Program-made: the position numbers and the translations under genes
IMG/VR virus record: IMGVR_UViG_3300012667_000075
Location: 1 to 24,749 of that record
DNA length: 24,749 nucleotides
From: a virus
Lineage: Duplodnaviria; Caudoviricetes
Reading direction: 5' to 3' (one strand)
Shown here: positions 8,402 through 16,778 of the stretch, piece after piece
How the letters are laid out: every line of letters begins with the position of its first letter
Numbering within the stretch: position 1 is the stretch's first letter
The notes under the pieces: generated by a model
Told to the model about the DNA's origin: nothing
What the model saw: the letters and a program-made list of their open reading frames with translations, nothing else
The model's database searches: none

Positions 8402-9052
8402 CTATCCCTGTCTTAACCATGTGTTTGAACTAGCAGATGGCGTTGTCCAAGTGTTTGAGCTTGCAGAGCCATCAGACCAATCATTTGTGTTTGCGCTTAC
8501 TTGTGTCCAAGTGTTCGTGTTTGGCGATACATCATCCCAATCGTTTGAAGTATCGGTAACGTTAGACCAATTATCACCCAGACGATGCCCATCACAAACA
8601 ACAATAGAAGCGCAGGAAATATCGCCAGTGAAGTCAAAGATCGCATAAGCACTAGCCTCAACAGTTGCATCACATTCAACGGTTGCACTTGCATTAGCAG
8701 TTATGCCACCAAGCGCAGAAAAGTCTGCATCAGCAGTGATTGCAGCGTCTGCTAAACGAACTCTGATTGATTCTGCCGAAACTGTTGCTGAAGCTGAAAC
8801 TGCCGCTTCACCGCTTACAACCAAGCCACCATTTGCAGAAACAGTAGCACTACAAGTTATAGAAGCAGAGGCAATCTGTATTCTTTGACCGCTTGCAGAA
8901 ACTGATGCGGCAGCATTTACAGAGCCTGAAGCATCCCACCGAGTGACAGACGTTGTGTATAACGCACTGTCCAAAGACAGGGTTAAGTCATCAAGACTAG
9001 CCTTGAGATTATCTAGGCTGTCAATTGTCCACGGTGGGAGCAGGTCAGCCAT
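8402..9052 (-). CDS. Ala/Ser/Thr-rich virion structural protein with C-terminal Trp repeats
   Basis: Low-complexity A/S/T/V core; six Trp at exact 10-aa spacing at the C-terminus. Confidence 0.6.
   Translation of the reverse strand: MADLLPPWTIDSLDNLKASLDDLTLSLDSALYTTSVTRWDASGSVNAAASVSASGQRIQIASASITCSATVSANGGLVVSGEAAVSASATVSAESIRVRLADAAITADADFSALGGITANASATVECDATVEASAYAIFDFTGDISCASIVVCDGHRLGDNWSNVTDTSNDWDDVSPNTNTWTQVSANTNDWSDGSASSNTWTTPSASSNTWLRQG
8417..8569 (-). repeat. Coding tandem repeat, 30-nt period (10-aa W-x7-N/S-N/D/T-like units)
   Basis: Plus-strand CCA (Trp codon on minus) at 8417, 8447, 8477, 8507, 8537 and 8567. Confidence 0.85.
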
Positions 9053-9053
9053 A

Positions 9054-9437
9054 TCACGCCAATGTAACGCTCAATGAACCAGAGGCAACACGGAAAACGT
9101 CACCAGTAGCAATTGCCTTAGAAGCATCTAGAGCAGTGTGATACAGCAAGTTACCAGAAGTAGATGCGTCACGAATACCAACGTGCGTAACAGTACCCCA
9201 TGAGTCTCCAGCTTGAGGAAACTCAATTGCTGCGCTGTTTGTAGACACGCCATTTGAAGGTGCGCCAAACGTGATTTCTTGACGAGCGTAGGCAGTTCCA
9301 GACACTTCTGTGCCTGAGTCAGCATCAGTTGGGTCGCTTGTGTAAAGAGCCAAATAAACGGCTGTGCTTGTGTAGCTCGTATTACGCAACGTAGCGTTAA
9401 TCAGAGCGTTCTCAAGATAGTTTGACATTTCAGCCAT
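9054..9437 (-). CDS. Conserved phage structural protein (small beta-sandwich, often annotated tail-fibre-associated)
   Basis: MSNYLENALIN...VYLALYTSDP...EVSGTAYARQ...IEFPQA..SWGTVTHVGIRDASTSGNLL is a recognisable, widespread virion protein pattern. Confidence 0.7.
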   Translation of the reverse strand: MAEMSNYLENALINATLRNTSYTSTAVYLALYTSDPTDADSGTEVSGTAYARQEITFGAPSNGVSTNSAAIEFPQAGDSWGTVTHVGIRDASTSGNLLYHTALDASKAIATGDVFRVASGSLSVTLA

Positions 9438-9440
9438 GAT

Positions 9441-10061
9441 TTACCTCGTTGCTGTTGACATTGAAAGTGGCACACCAGAATACTGAGATGCTTCGTCAGA
9501 TTTTGTAAGTGTGGAGATAGAACGGTCATACATAGAACCCCATGTATTGATTCGACCATCGTTCATTAAATACGGTTCAGCTTCCAACAAAGAAGCGTAA
9601 AGCAAAGCGTCAGGGGCGTTAGCGATAAACGCATTGCTTGAATTTGTGTCACTCAAGAACTCTGGCGCTGCGTAATACAGCATTTTTACTGTGTAAGTAG
9701 AGTCAGGCACTGGAGCCAATTGAAACTCAGTTGCAAGAATCGTGTAATCAAGCGGCTTACCGCCTTCAGTTACGCGAGCATTACGGCTGAAGATTGACGG
9801 GCTAGAGTATGTCAGAGGCTGCACTGGGTTTGTCACCAAGATGAAGTCTCGAATCTCTAAGAAGTCAGAAGGCAAGGCAACCGTAGCAGTTCCGCCAACA
9901 GTTGTTGTTGTAGCCGATTTAAGCATTTGTCGAATACGCAACTCACGGCGCAAACGAAGCTCTGCAAATCGAATGAAATCTGTGATCTGAGAAGTCAAGT
10001 CTGTACGAGCCAAATAATTGGCTACGGCAGTCTGCAATTCAGAGTAAGTAGCAATGCTCAT
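9441..10061 (-). CDS. Head-to-tail adaptor protein
   Basis: TYSELQTAVANYLARTDL...FIRFAE..L.R.LR, LPSDFLE, LAPVPD..Y, PDALLYASLLEAEPYL; position after the capsid gene. Confidence 0.75.
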   Translation of the reverse strand: MSIATYSELQTAVANYLARTDLTSQITDFIRFAELRLRRELRIRQMLKSATTTTVGGTATVALPSDFLEIRDFILVTNPVQPLTYSSPSIFSRNARVTEGGKPLDYTILATEFQLAPVPDSTYTVKMLYYAAPEFLSDTNSSNAFIANAPDALLYASLLEAEPYLMNDGRINTWGSMYDRSISTLTKSDEASQYSGVPLSMSTATR

Positions 10062-10678
10062 ACATCATCCCAACCATATTCGTAAGTTCCGACATGACGG
10101 ATGTGCTGTGAAAGATCATGGTCTACAACAGTTTGGAAACCAGCATCAAACGCTTTTGCACAAAAGTAAATGTCTTCGCCTATTGTCCCACCTTTATCGG
10201 TTTGTTCAAACCAGAACCAAGGTTTTTGCGTCTTTTGGAACACTTCTTTACGAATAAGAACCATGCCAAAACCAACGCCCATAACTTGCTCAAGACCCGT
10301 CTTGTCTTTGCTTGTCACCTTGACGAGATCATTTGTCTCATTGTCAATGTCCAAAGCAGTAGGCAAACAAGGGAAACGGCGAGTAGTGGCATTAACGCCA
10401 ACAATCGGCAACTTACGAGACAACAAAATCTGAAGCGCATCCTTTGGAAAACGCATATCAGAATCAACCCAAAGGATAGCGTCAGCGCCATCTTTGAGTG
10501 CTTGTTCGGCAAGGCGTTCACGCTGATTAAAGATCAAAGTTCCTGGCACTTGATAAATCATCAACGAGCCGCCTTTAGCGCATCGAGTTACACCCTCATA
10601 CGCACACAGTTTCGCTAAGTCAAAAGCGAACCCCGTCATAACTGTGTCACGACATGGAACGCAAATAGCAACCTTCAT
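10058..10678 (-). CDS. Glycosyltransferase, GT-A fold (family 2-like)
   Basis: KVAICVP N-terminal strand, RERLAEQAL, DXD motif in ILWVDSDM, GFGMVLIRKEVF, GED motif in GEDIYFC, distal HVG; ATGA overlaps with both neighbours. Confidence 0.85.
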   Translation of the reverse strand: MKVAICVPCRDTVMTGFAFDLAKLCAYEGVTRCAKGGSLMIYQVPGTLIFNQRERLAEQALKDGADAILWVDSDMRFPKDALQILLSRKLPIVGVNATTRRFPCLPTALDIDNETNDLVKVTSKDKTGLEQVMGVGFGMVLIRKEVFQKTQKPWFWFEQTDKGGTIGEDIYFCAKAFDAGFQTVVDHDLSQHIRHVGTYEYGWDDV

Positions 10679-10983
10679 ACTTGTCCTGGTCTTGTTCTAA
10701 AGAACCGATTATCAGGGTTATTTAAGAAGGCACGAAACCTTTTTTCATCCATTACAGCAAAGCCTCGCATGATTCCCTGTTTATTCAGGTCATCAATGAC
10801 AGCATTAGGAATACTGGCGATCTTTGTCCATTCACCCCACTTAGCTTTCTCATCAATGGCGTTAAATTGAGCCTTGTTGCTCTCAATAATTCCAGAAATG
10901 TCTTGGCTAGTCTCGATGAGATATTTCCCATCAAGGTCGTGAAAGTTTGTGTGTTTACCGTTTTGTGATGATATGTGGCGCAT
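10675..10983 (-). CDS. Conserved hypothetical protein following the major capsid gene
   Basis: QDISGIIESNK...W.KIASIP....D...G.....D...F...LNNPDNRFFRT pattern recurrent after podovirus capsid genes. Confidence 0.65.
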   Translation of the reverse strand: MRHISSQNGKHTNFHDLDGKYLIETSQDISGIIESNKAQFNAIDEKAKWGEWTKIASIPNAVIDDLNKQGIMRGFAVMDEKRFRAFLNNPDNRFFRTRPGQV

Positions 10984-11009
10984 AAGAAAAGGGGGGTGAT
11001 TAGCCCCCC
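10984..11009 (-). terminator. Rho-independent terminator after the major capsid gene
   Basis: Minus strand GGGGGG-CTAATCA-CCCCCC-TTTTCTT, a few nt after the MCP stop. Confidence 0.8.
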
Positions 11010-11016
11010 AGTGTTA

Positions 11017-11967
11017 TCAAGAAGTTGCCAAGTCAGCAGCGATACCGTGTGCTGCTTCGTTACGCATTTCCAGAGTCAACTCAGCCAAAATCTGAGTCTT
11101 CTCAGCGTCACCAGCTTTAGCCAATTCGTTTGTTTGGAATGGGCGCAAGTAAGCAACTGCTGCGTAATCTGGGTCAAGCACCAGAGCGTCACGGGTACGC
11201 ATGAAACGTGAAGGAACCACGCTCACAGTACCGAAGTCGCTCATGTAAACGTCAGCAGCGCCGATGATGGTCGTAGGAGCATCAGCAGGAGCCATGAAGC
11301 GTTGTGCAGCGATGCCAGCGAAAGCAGACACAGCTTGCTTCTGGTATGGGCCAACCATCAAAATCTTGGGGTTGCCACCAGAGCTGTACACTTTTTGAAT
11401 CACATCTTTCAAGATGGTTTCAGTGAAAGCGCGTTGTGTGCCATCGGTACGGGTAGAAGTACCAGCAGTCGTTGGGTCAACACCAGCAGTAGTGCCAGAA
11501 GACTTGTTAGTGTTGGTCTTGATCCAAGACAACATTGCGCCCAAAGTGCGAGCGTTGCTAGAGTCACCAGCAGACTTGCCTTGGTTGGCAGTCAAGATGG
11601 TTTCAATGTCGCGCTTGAGTTCGGCAGAAGCCTTGCTCAATTGGTAAGCCTTTTCGCTCTTACGACCAGCTTTGTCCACTGACTCCAAAGTGCCAGAGAT
11701 TTTGATGGTCTTTTGAACGATCTGAGTGTAGTTGCCCAAACGAGTTGTAGGCGACATGGTAGCGTCAGAAGCGTCAGCACCTTCAACAGCGGCGTTAGCA
11801 GTTGTAGCGGCTGACAGGCTGTCAGTTTGCCACTCATGGTAAACAGCGGTTGCTTTGGCGCGAGCCAAGGTGTTCAACAGGGGTGTGTCTGTTGGAGAGA
11901 TGTCATAAATGACGTTAGCCAAGTCTTCACGATTGCCGATTGATTGGTAGGTTTGATAAACAGCCAT
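11017..11967 (-). CDS. Major capsid protein (SU10/DUF5309-like family)
   Basis: GNREDL...IYDISPTDTP, HEWQTDSL, RLGNYTQI..K, ELKRDIE, Y.SDFG...VVP.RF, E.TLE.RNE.AHG; strong GGAG SD; follows the scaffold gene. Confidence 0.9.
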   Translation of the reverse strand: MAVYQTYQSIGNREDLANVIYDISPTDTPLLNTLARAKATAVYHEWQTDSLSAATTANAAVEGADASDATMSPTTRLGNYTQIVQKTIKISGTLESVDKAGRKSEKAYQLSKASAELKRDIETILTANQGKSAGDSSNARTLGAMLSWIKTNTNKSSGTTAGVDPTTAGTSTRTDGTQRAFTETILKDVIQKVYSSGGNPKILMVGPYQKQAVSAFAGIAAQRFMAPADAPTTIIGAADVYMSDFGTVSVVPSRFMRTRDALVLDPDYAAVAYLRPFQTNELAKAGDAEKTQILAELTLEMRNEAAHGIAADLATS

Positions 11968-11980
11968 TTTTAGCTCCTAA

Positions 11981-12928
11981 TTACAAGAATTTTTCAAATA
12001 CTCGCGCTGCGTCACGGACATTGCCCGATTTCTTCAGTTGCGAGTGCAATTTTTTGTTCTGTTCCGCCTCTGCATTACGGGGGGCAGAAGTACCAGCTTT
12101 AAGCATCTTCGGAGCAGCTTCCACCTTTTTGGCGATTGAAGGCTTATTACTCTGAAGTTTGGCGTACTTCATTCCGTGATACAAACTCAAAACAGCCCTA
12201 GAGTCGTAAAGTCCTGCAAGCTCTTGGTCACTCCATCCGATTGACTTCGCATAATCACGAATGTCTTTGCGGATTTGATCGCCAGTTTTGGCATCACCGT
12301 AACCAGGGATGGCTGAAGTCAACTTGTGACTTTCTTCAGCGAGATGACTTTGCAGGCGCTCAGATTGCTCGGCTTGTTGCTGTTGTGCAATGCGTTGCTG
12401 TTCTTGTTGCAGGACTGCTAATTGTTTCTCTCGTTGTGCCTGTTCAGCGACCTTCACGGCATAACCGATTGGGTCAACTTCCTTTAAAGCCTCAAGATTT
12501 TCACCTTGGTTCTGTTGCTGGAGAAATTGCTCCATCATTTGCAGACGTTGGGCGTACTGATCTCTTAATTTGTTAGCTTCCTGAATCTTCGCTCGATCGG
12601 CTTCCACCGACTTACGTTCTTCAGCAAGTTTCTGGGTTTTCTTGGTGTAATCCGCACCCAATTGGTAGCCCTCAATAAGCTCAGTCTCAGTTACTTCACG
12701 ATCTTCACCAGCAGCTTTAATGCGGAAAGTTCGTGCAGGCTGTTCTTCAGCTTCTTCAGAATCTACCAACTCAGACTCGGATTCCTCAACATATTCCTCA
12801 GCTACTTCTTCAGATTCAGGTTGGCTGTTACCAGCGCCCTCGTCTGCTTCCATCATGCCTAGAAATGCTGCTGCGGCTGTGTCCACCGTCAGCGGCCCAC
12901 TACCTTGCGGTGTCGTGTTTTCGCTCAT
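11981..12928 (-). CDS. Capsid scaffolding protein
   Basis: Acidic disordered N-terminus, GYQLGADYTKKTQKLAEERK, long Q/E coiled coil, basic C-terminus ending in a short helix; immediately upstream of MCP. Confidence 0.85.
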   Translation of the reverse strand: MSENTTPQGSGPLTVDTAAAAFLGMMEADEGAGNSQPESEEVAEEYVEESESELVDSEEAEEQPARTFRIKAAGEDREVTETELIEGYQLGADYTKKTQKLAEERKSVEADRAKIQEANKLRDQYAQRLQMMEQFLQQQNQGENLEALKEVDPIGYAVKVAEQAQREKQLAVLQQEQQRIAQQQQAEQSERLQSHLAEESHKLTSAIPGYGDAKTGDQIRKDIRDYAKSIGWSDQELAGLYDSRAVLSLYHGMKYAKLQSNKPSIAKKVEAAPKMLKAGTSAPRNAEAEQNKKLHSQLKKSGNVRDAARVFEKFL

Positions 12929-12976
12929 TTGATTCCCAAATTGTCAGTCTATACCGTAGACCACGGGTAAGTTTCC

Positions 12977-13207
12977 TTACAGAATTTTCCAACGCTTTTG
13001 CTCTATGCGCTTTGTAGCAGCCATAGATTCAAAGTGTCCTATAACCGATTGTAATGCGTTTATTTTGGAATACGCAACTTCTCGTTCATCAACCTCATGC
13101 GGCTGTGAATTTACGATCTTCTGCATCTCGATGTTTTTCAAAAGCTCGATCTCGCCTTTAAAAAAATCATCGTTAAGCAGGTTTTTGGCTAGTTGCGGTT
13201 TGTCCAA
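12977..13207 (-). CDS. Small conserved helical protein between portal and scaffold
   Basis: TTG start with GAGG SD; AKNLLNDDFF...EREVAY..INAL pattern common at this position. Confidence 0.65.
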   Translation of the reverse strand: MDKPQLAKNLLNDDFFKGEIELLKNIEMQKIVNSQPHEVDEREVAYSKINALQSVIGHFESMAATKRIEQKRWKIL

Positions 13208-14549
13208 GAATAGACCTCATTATTTGGTTCATGTCAACGGGAGAACCCATTGGCGTTTGTTGTTTGCCTGATGCAAATATATCATTGAATGAAATATTAG
13301 GTCGCTGAGTAGGCAATCCTTGCCATTGCGTACCGCCAAGCATATTTTGGTCACTAAAGATTGACTCTAAATCAATTGGGGCAGAAGATGCGGCATAAGT
13401 TGGCGACTTCCATTCAGCAGGAATTGGAACCATTGCAAAGCCAGTTGATGCTGGAGCAGAGCCACCACCTTTATCTCCAGACAATCCCAATGGGTCACCC
13501 GTGATGGCGTTAACCAACACACCGCCTTTGATAGCGTCTACTACATTGGAAAGAGTAACCCCAGAAGCAGCACCACCAATTCCACCAGGTATTGTTCCTG
13601 TGCCAGCAATTGCGGCAGGAACTGCGCCATAAACACCGTTACCTAACCATGTGTTTGGAGAGCCACCAACACCACCTAAGTCAATTCCACTTAATGCTTC
13701 TTCTGCACCAGCATTAGCAAGAACAGCGTCAACACCTGTTGCTGGTTTAGCGCCTGGCAATATTTCAACAGGGCCACCAGCATCAACCACAGGCGCTTGA
13801 TTAGTTGGAGCAGCTTTAGGTGTTTCCCAAATAGGAGTACCACCACCTTCTGTAAACATTGAGTTGCCAGTAGCTTCGCCAATAGCGGCGTTTAAGATAG
13901 CGCCCTTGACGTTTCCCTGACCTAAAGCAGTGCCAGCGGCTAACGCAGTGCCTACACCAGGTGCGACAAAGTTAGCCAACTGAAGTGCAGGGCCAGCTTT
14001 AATTAAAGCATCTCCAACGGTTTCCAATACTGGGTTAGCAATACTACCAAGCAAGCCACCAAACAAACCACCACCACCGCTTTTACCTTGAGTGATGTTT
14101 GTGAAATAAGTCTCATTTGCTTTTGAGCCGCTTACATAACTAGAGTCGTAACCTTTTGATGCGTTTGTAGCGTATACAGCTTTACCGTTAACAGTGGCAA
14201 GCCCAGTAATAGCAGGCGTTTTGTCACTAATATTATACTGTGTAAAGTAATACTTTCCGCTATCACTATAAGGCGCAAAGTCTTCTGCTTTCCAAATTAC
14301 GCCTTTGCTTGGCTCTGAGTAAAGTTTGCTTGCTGCTGAGTTTACAGACAAGCCTTCAGGCAAAGTAAAAGACGAAGCCTTTGAAAGAACTTCATCTTTT
14401 TTGTCCATAAACACAGGATCATAATTTTGAACTTTGCCTTGCACAAAGCCTTTTTCCACAAATTCTTGTGGTGTGTAGACGTATTTCTGACCGTCATCAG
14501 CAGTAATCTCGTAATAAGCTCTGCCTGAGAAAAGTGGTTTGATTTCCAT
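13173..14549 (-). CDS. Gly/Ala-rich hypothetical protein (458 aa), possibly virion-internal
   Basis: Long ORF in operon orientation, 2 nt after the portal stop; Tyr-rich N-terminal domain followed by GxxxG-rich hydrophobic segments. Confidence 0.7.
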   Translation of the reverse strand: MEIKPLFSGRAYYEITADDGQKYVYTPQEFVEKGFVQGKVQNYDPVFMDKKDEVLSKASSFTLPEGLSVNSAASKLYSEPSKGVIWKAEDFAPYSDSGKYYFTQYNISDKTPAITGLATVNGKAVYATNASKGYDSSYVSGSKANETYFTNITQGKSGGGGLFGGLLGSIANPVLETVGDALIKAGPALQLANFVAPGVGTALAAGTALGQGNVKGAILNAAIGEATGNSMFTEGGGTPIWETPKAAPTNQAPVVDAGGPVEILPGAKPATGVDAVLANAGAEEALSGIDLGGVGGSPNTWLGNGVYGAVPAAIAGTGTIPGGIGGAASGVTLSNVVDAIKGGVLVNAITGDPLGLSGDKGGGSAPASTGFAMVPIPAEWKSPTYAASSAPIDLESIFSDQNMLGGTQWQGLPTQRPNISFNDIFASGKQQTPMGSPVDMNQIMRSILGQTATSQKPA

Positions 14550-14551
14550 AA

Positions 14552-16636
14552 TTACCCTGGTATTTCTACGTTAGAAGTAATGCCTGCGCCAACCTTCATT
14601 GCCTTCAATCTAGCTTCAGCCATAAATTCTTCTTCTTTGAGTTGAAGATTTGCCGATGCTTTCTCGCGCTCCAACTGAATCTGAGCAGCGTTCTTTTCAC
14701 GCATCAACTGCAATTCAGCAATGGCTTTTTGTTGAGCCAACTGAATGTCAGCTTGAGCCTTCATTTGTTGGGCTTGAATGTCAGCCTGAGTCTTAGCCAT
14801 GTACGCTTGAACTTCAGGCGGCACTGGTGGCTGTTGCGGCTGTTGAGGCTGGCTCATAGCTTGATCTTGTTCAGGCGTAATAGACTTATAGAACTCAGCA
14901 GAGTCCTTAAATCCAGCAGCTTCAACCATACGACCCAAGGTATTACGGTACTGACCCATAGTCACCAACGGATTAGCTGGCCCCATTTGCTGAAGCACTT
15001 GCTCTTGTTTGGCAAGAACCATATTCAGCATAGCCATTTGTTCCTGACGGTTTCCAGCACCCAAGCCTACGTTAATGTCAACATCATACTGATTCGACCA
15101 CTCACGGGGGTCAAACTGCACATATTGACCACGCATCCGAACGATACGGGCTTTGTCTTGGTACTTACAGAGAAGATGCAAGATTCCTTTGAACAACGAC
15201 TTAACGCCTGTCTCAGCAAAGATGCGAGCAATCATCTCGATCTTGCCAGCGGCGCTTTGTTGCATTGAAGCGACAGCAGCAGCAGTGACGTTCTGCAAGA
15301 TAGCAGGGTCTAAACCTTGGCTTGCCTCAGTCACGCCAGTGCGCTTTTGTTGGATTGAATCCAAGTAAGACAGCATTGGGAAAGCCTGTGCAGCCATTGA
15401 CTGAACGACCAACTGGTTCACAGCGCCAGGCGACTTAACACGAATCACACCGCCAGCGGTAGAAGTCAGCAAGTCATCCATGTTGACCTGACCATCCAAG
15501 GCGGTCACACGGGCGTTGTTTGTCAGATATAGGTTATCAAGAATCTGACGAGTGATCGTTGTCTTGATTAGCTGAATGTCCATTGTGCGATCTGCCATCG
15601 ACTCGCCAAAGAACTTATGTGGCGTTGGGATTGGGCAGATTGAGTGGAATGGAACGTAATCAGTTTCTTCGTCACTCAGGATTTCATTTGATGCGTAGAA
15701 CACTTGGCGCAGTTCAGCGATACCGTCACCGTCAATGTCAGCACGAACGTAGCACTCAAACACTTCGATGGTCTGCATTGAATCATCAAGGCTTTGTGCA
15801 TCGTTTGGGTTTTCGCCATTGTCGTGACGAGCCAAGTATTCAGACGAGAAGGTCAAAGAGTCTGACGTTTGCAGACCGTCAACAATGCCCTTGTCAAAGC
15901 CCATAGCGATCAAGTCGCTGCGAGTCATCAAGCGGCGATGAGCAACAAAAGGCGAATCTTCTGGGCTACGCTTGGCTTTCTTGGAGATCAAAAACTCCTC
16001 TGGTGGGATGTTTTCCACAACCACTTTGCCAGACTTCTTTTTCTTTTGCACTGTGACGCTGTTAGACGCATACATCACAGGCTGACCCATTTGATCTAGC
16101 ACAGGATTGCCAGCAGGGTCTTTCATTTCGTTCTCGACTACCTCTTTTTCGACTACTTCCATAGTCTCATCAGAAAGAAGCATTGCAAGCTCGTCATCAG
16201 ACAGGTCGCGGTACTTTTCTTTGGTTACGTCTTCTTTGTCTTCCCAATAGGCTTTAACAACGCCAACCTTTTGCAAGAGCGCGTCTTTAAACCAATCGTG
16301 CAAGATGATGATGCCATCGTTGTCACGCATGAACACCCAGTTGACGTACTCAGTCGCTTGTTTAGCGCCAGCTTCGTCTTGTGGGCCACGGGGGTCAAAT
16401 CGTACGACTTCATCAGAAGCAGAAAAGATACGCACCAGAGGCGGCAAAGAACCGTCTACCGCTTCAGCGACTTCGCCTGTAACGATAGAAGATTTGCCTT
16501 CGACCTCATTGCCGTATTCGTGACGCAAATAAGCATTGATTGCGTCTGTTCGTTGTTGAGTGGTTTCAGTTTCTAAGAAACCAATGGAGTTATCAATCTC
16601 CGAAGCGATGATTGCTTTCAGTTTGTCCTGGCTCAT
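14552..16636 (-). CDS. Portal protein (P22-like)
   Basis: 694 aa after TerL; WFKDALLQKVGVVK.YW, ENIPPEEFLI, PHKFFG.S.AD...DIQ..K....RQ.LDN.Y..NN; C-terminal Q/A-rich coiled coil resembling a portal barrel. Confidence 0.9.
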   Translation of the reverse strand: MSQDKLKAIIASEIDNSIGFLETETTQQRTDAINAYLRHEYGNEVEGKSSIVTGEVAEAVDGSLPPLVRIFSASDEVVRFDPRGPQDEAGAKQATEYVNWVFMRDNDGIIILHDWFKDALLQKVGVVKAYWEDKEDVTKEKYRDLSDDELAMLLSDETMEVVEKEVVENEMKDPAGNPVLDQMGQPVMYASNSVTVQKKKKSGKVVVENIPPEEFLISKKAKRSPEDSPFVAHRRLMTRSDLIAMGFDKGIVDGLQTSDSLTFSSEYLARHDNGENPNDAQSLDDSMQTIEVFECYVRADIDGDGIAELRQVFYASNEILSDEETDYVPFHSICPIPTPHKFFGESMADRTMDIQLIKTTITRQILDNLYLTNNARVTALDGQVNMDDLLTSTAGGVIRVKSPGAVNQLVVQSMAAQAFPMLSYLDSIQQKRTGVTEASQGLDPAILQNVTAAAVASMQQSAAGKIEMIARIFAETGVKSLFKGILHLLCKYQDKARIVRMRGQYVQFDPREWSNQYDVDINVGLGAGNRQEQMAMLNMVLAKQEQVLQQMGPANPLVTMGQYRNTLGRMVEAAGFKDSAEFYKSITPEQDQAMSQPQQPQQPPVPPEVQAYMAKTQADIQAQQMKAQADIQLAQQKAIAELQLMREKNAAQIQLEREKASANLQLKEEEFMAEARLKAMKVGAGITSNVEIPG

Positions 16637-16778
16637 CTTTTACCTTTGGTGGCCTGCCCATCTTCGGGCGTTGTTCCGATTGTAATGCGTTTACCATATT
16701 TTCAAGCACTTCAATGCGTTTTTCAAGAGCATCAATCTTGCGGCGGTCAGCTAAGTCGCCTTGTTTCATCATAAACAT
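16593..16778 (-). CDS. Small coiled-coil protein with AT-hook-like KMGRPPK motif
   Basis: ATG at 16778 overlaps the TerL stop (TAATG); heptad IDALEKRIEVLENMVNAL; overlaps the portal start. Confidence 0.55.
   Translation of the reverse strand: MFMMKQGDLADRRKIDALEKRIEVLENMVNALQSEQRPKMGRPPKVKDEPGQTESNHRFGD

Noticed and set aside
8417-8569. 30-nt periodic sequence as a possible CRISPR array
   Set aside because: Degenerate, in-frame coding repeat with no repeat-spacer alternation and no cas genes.
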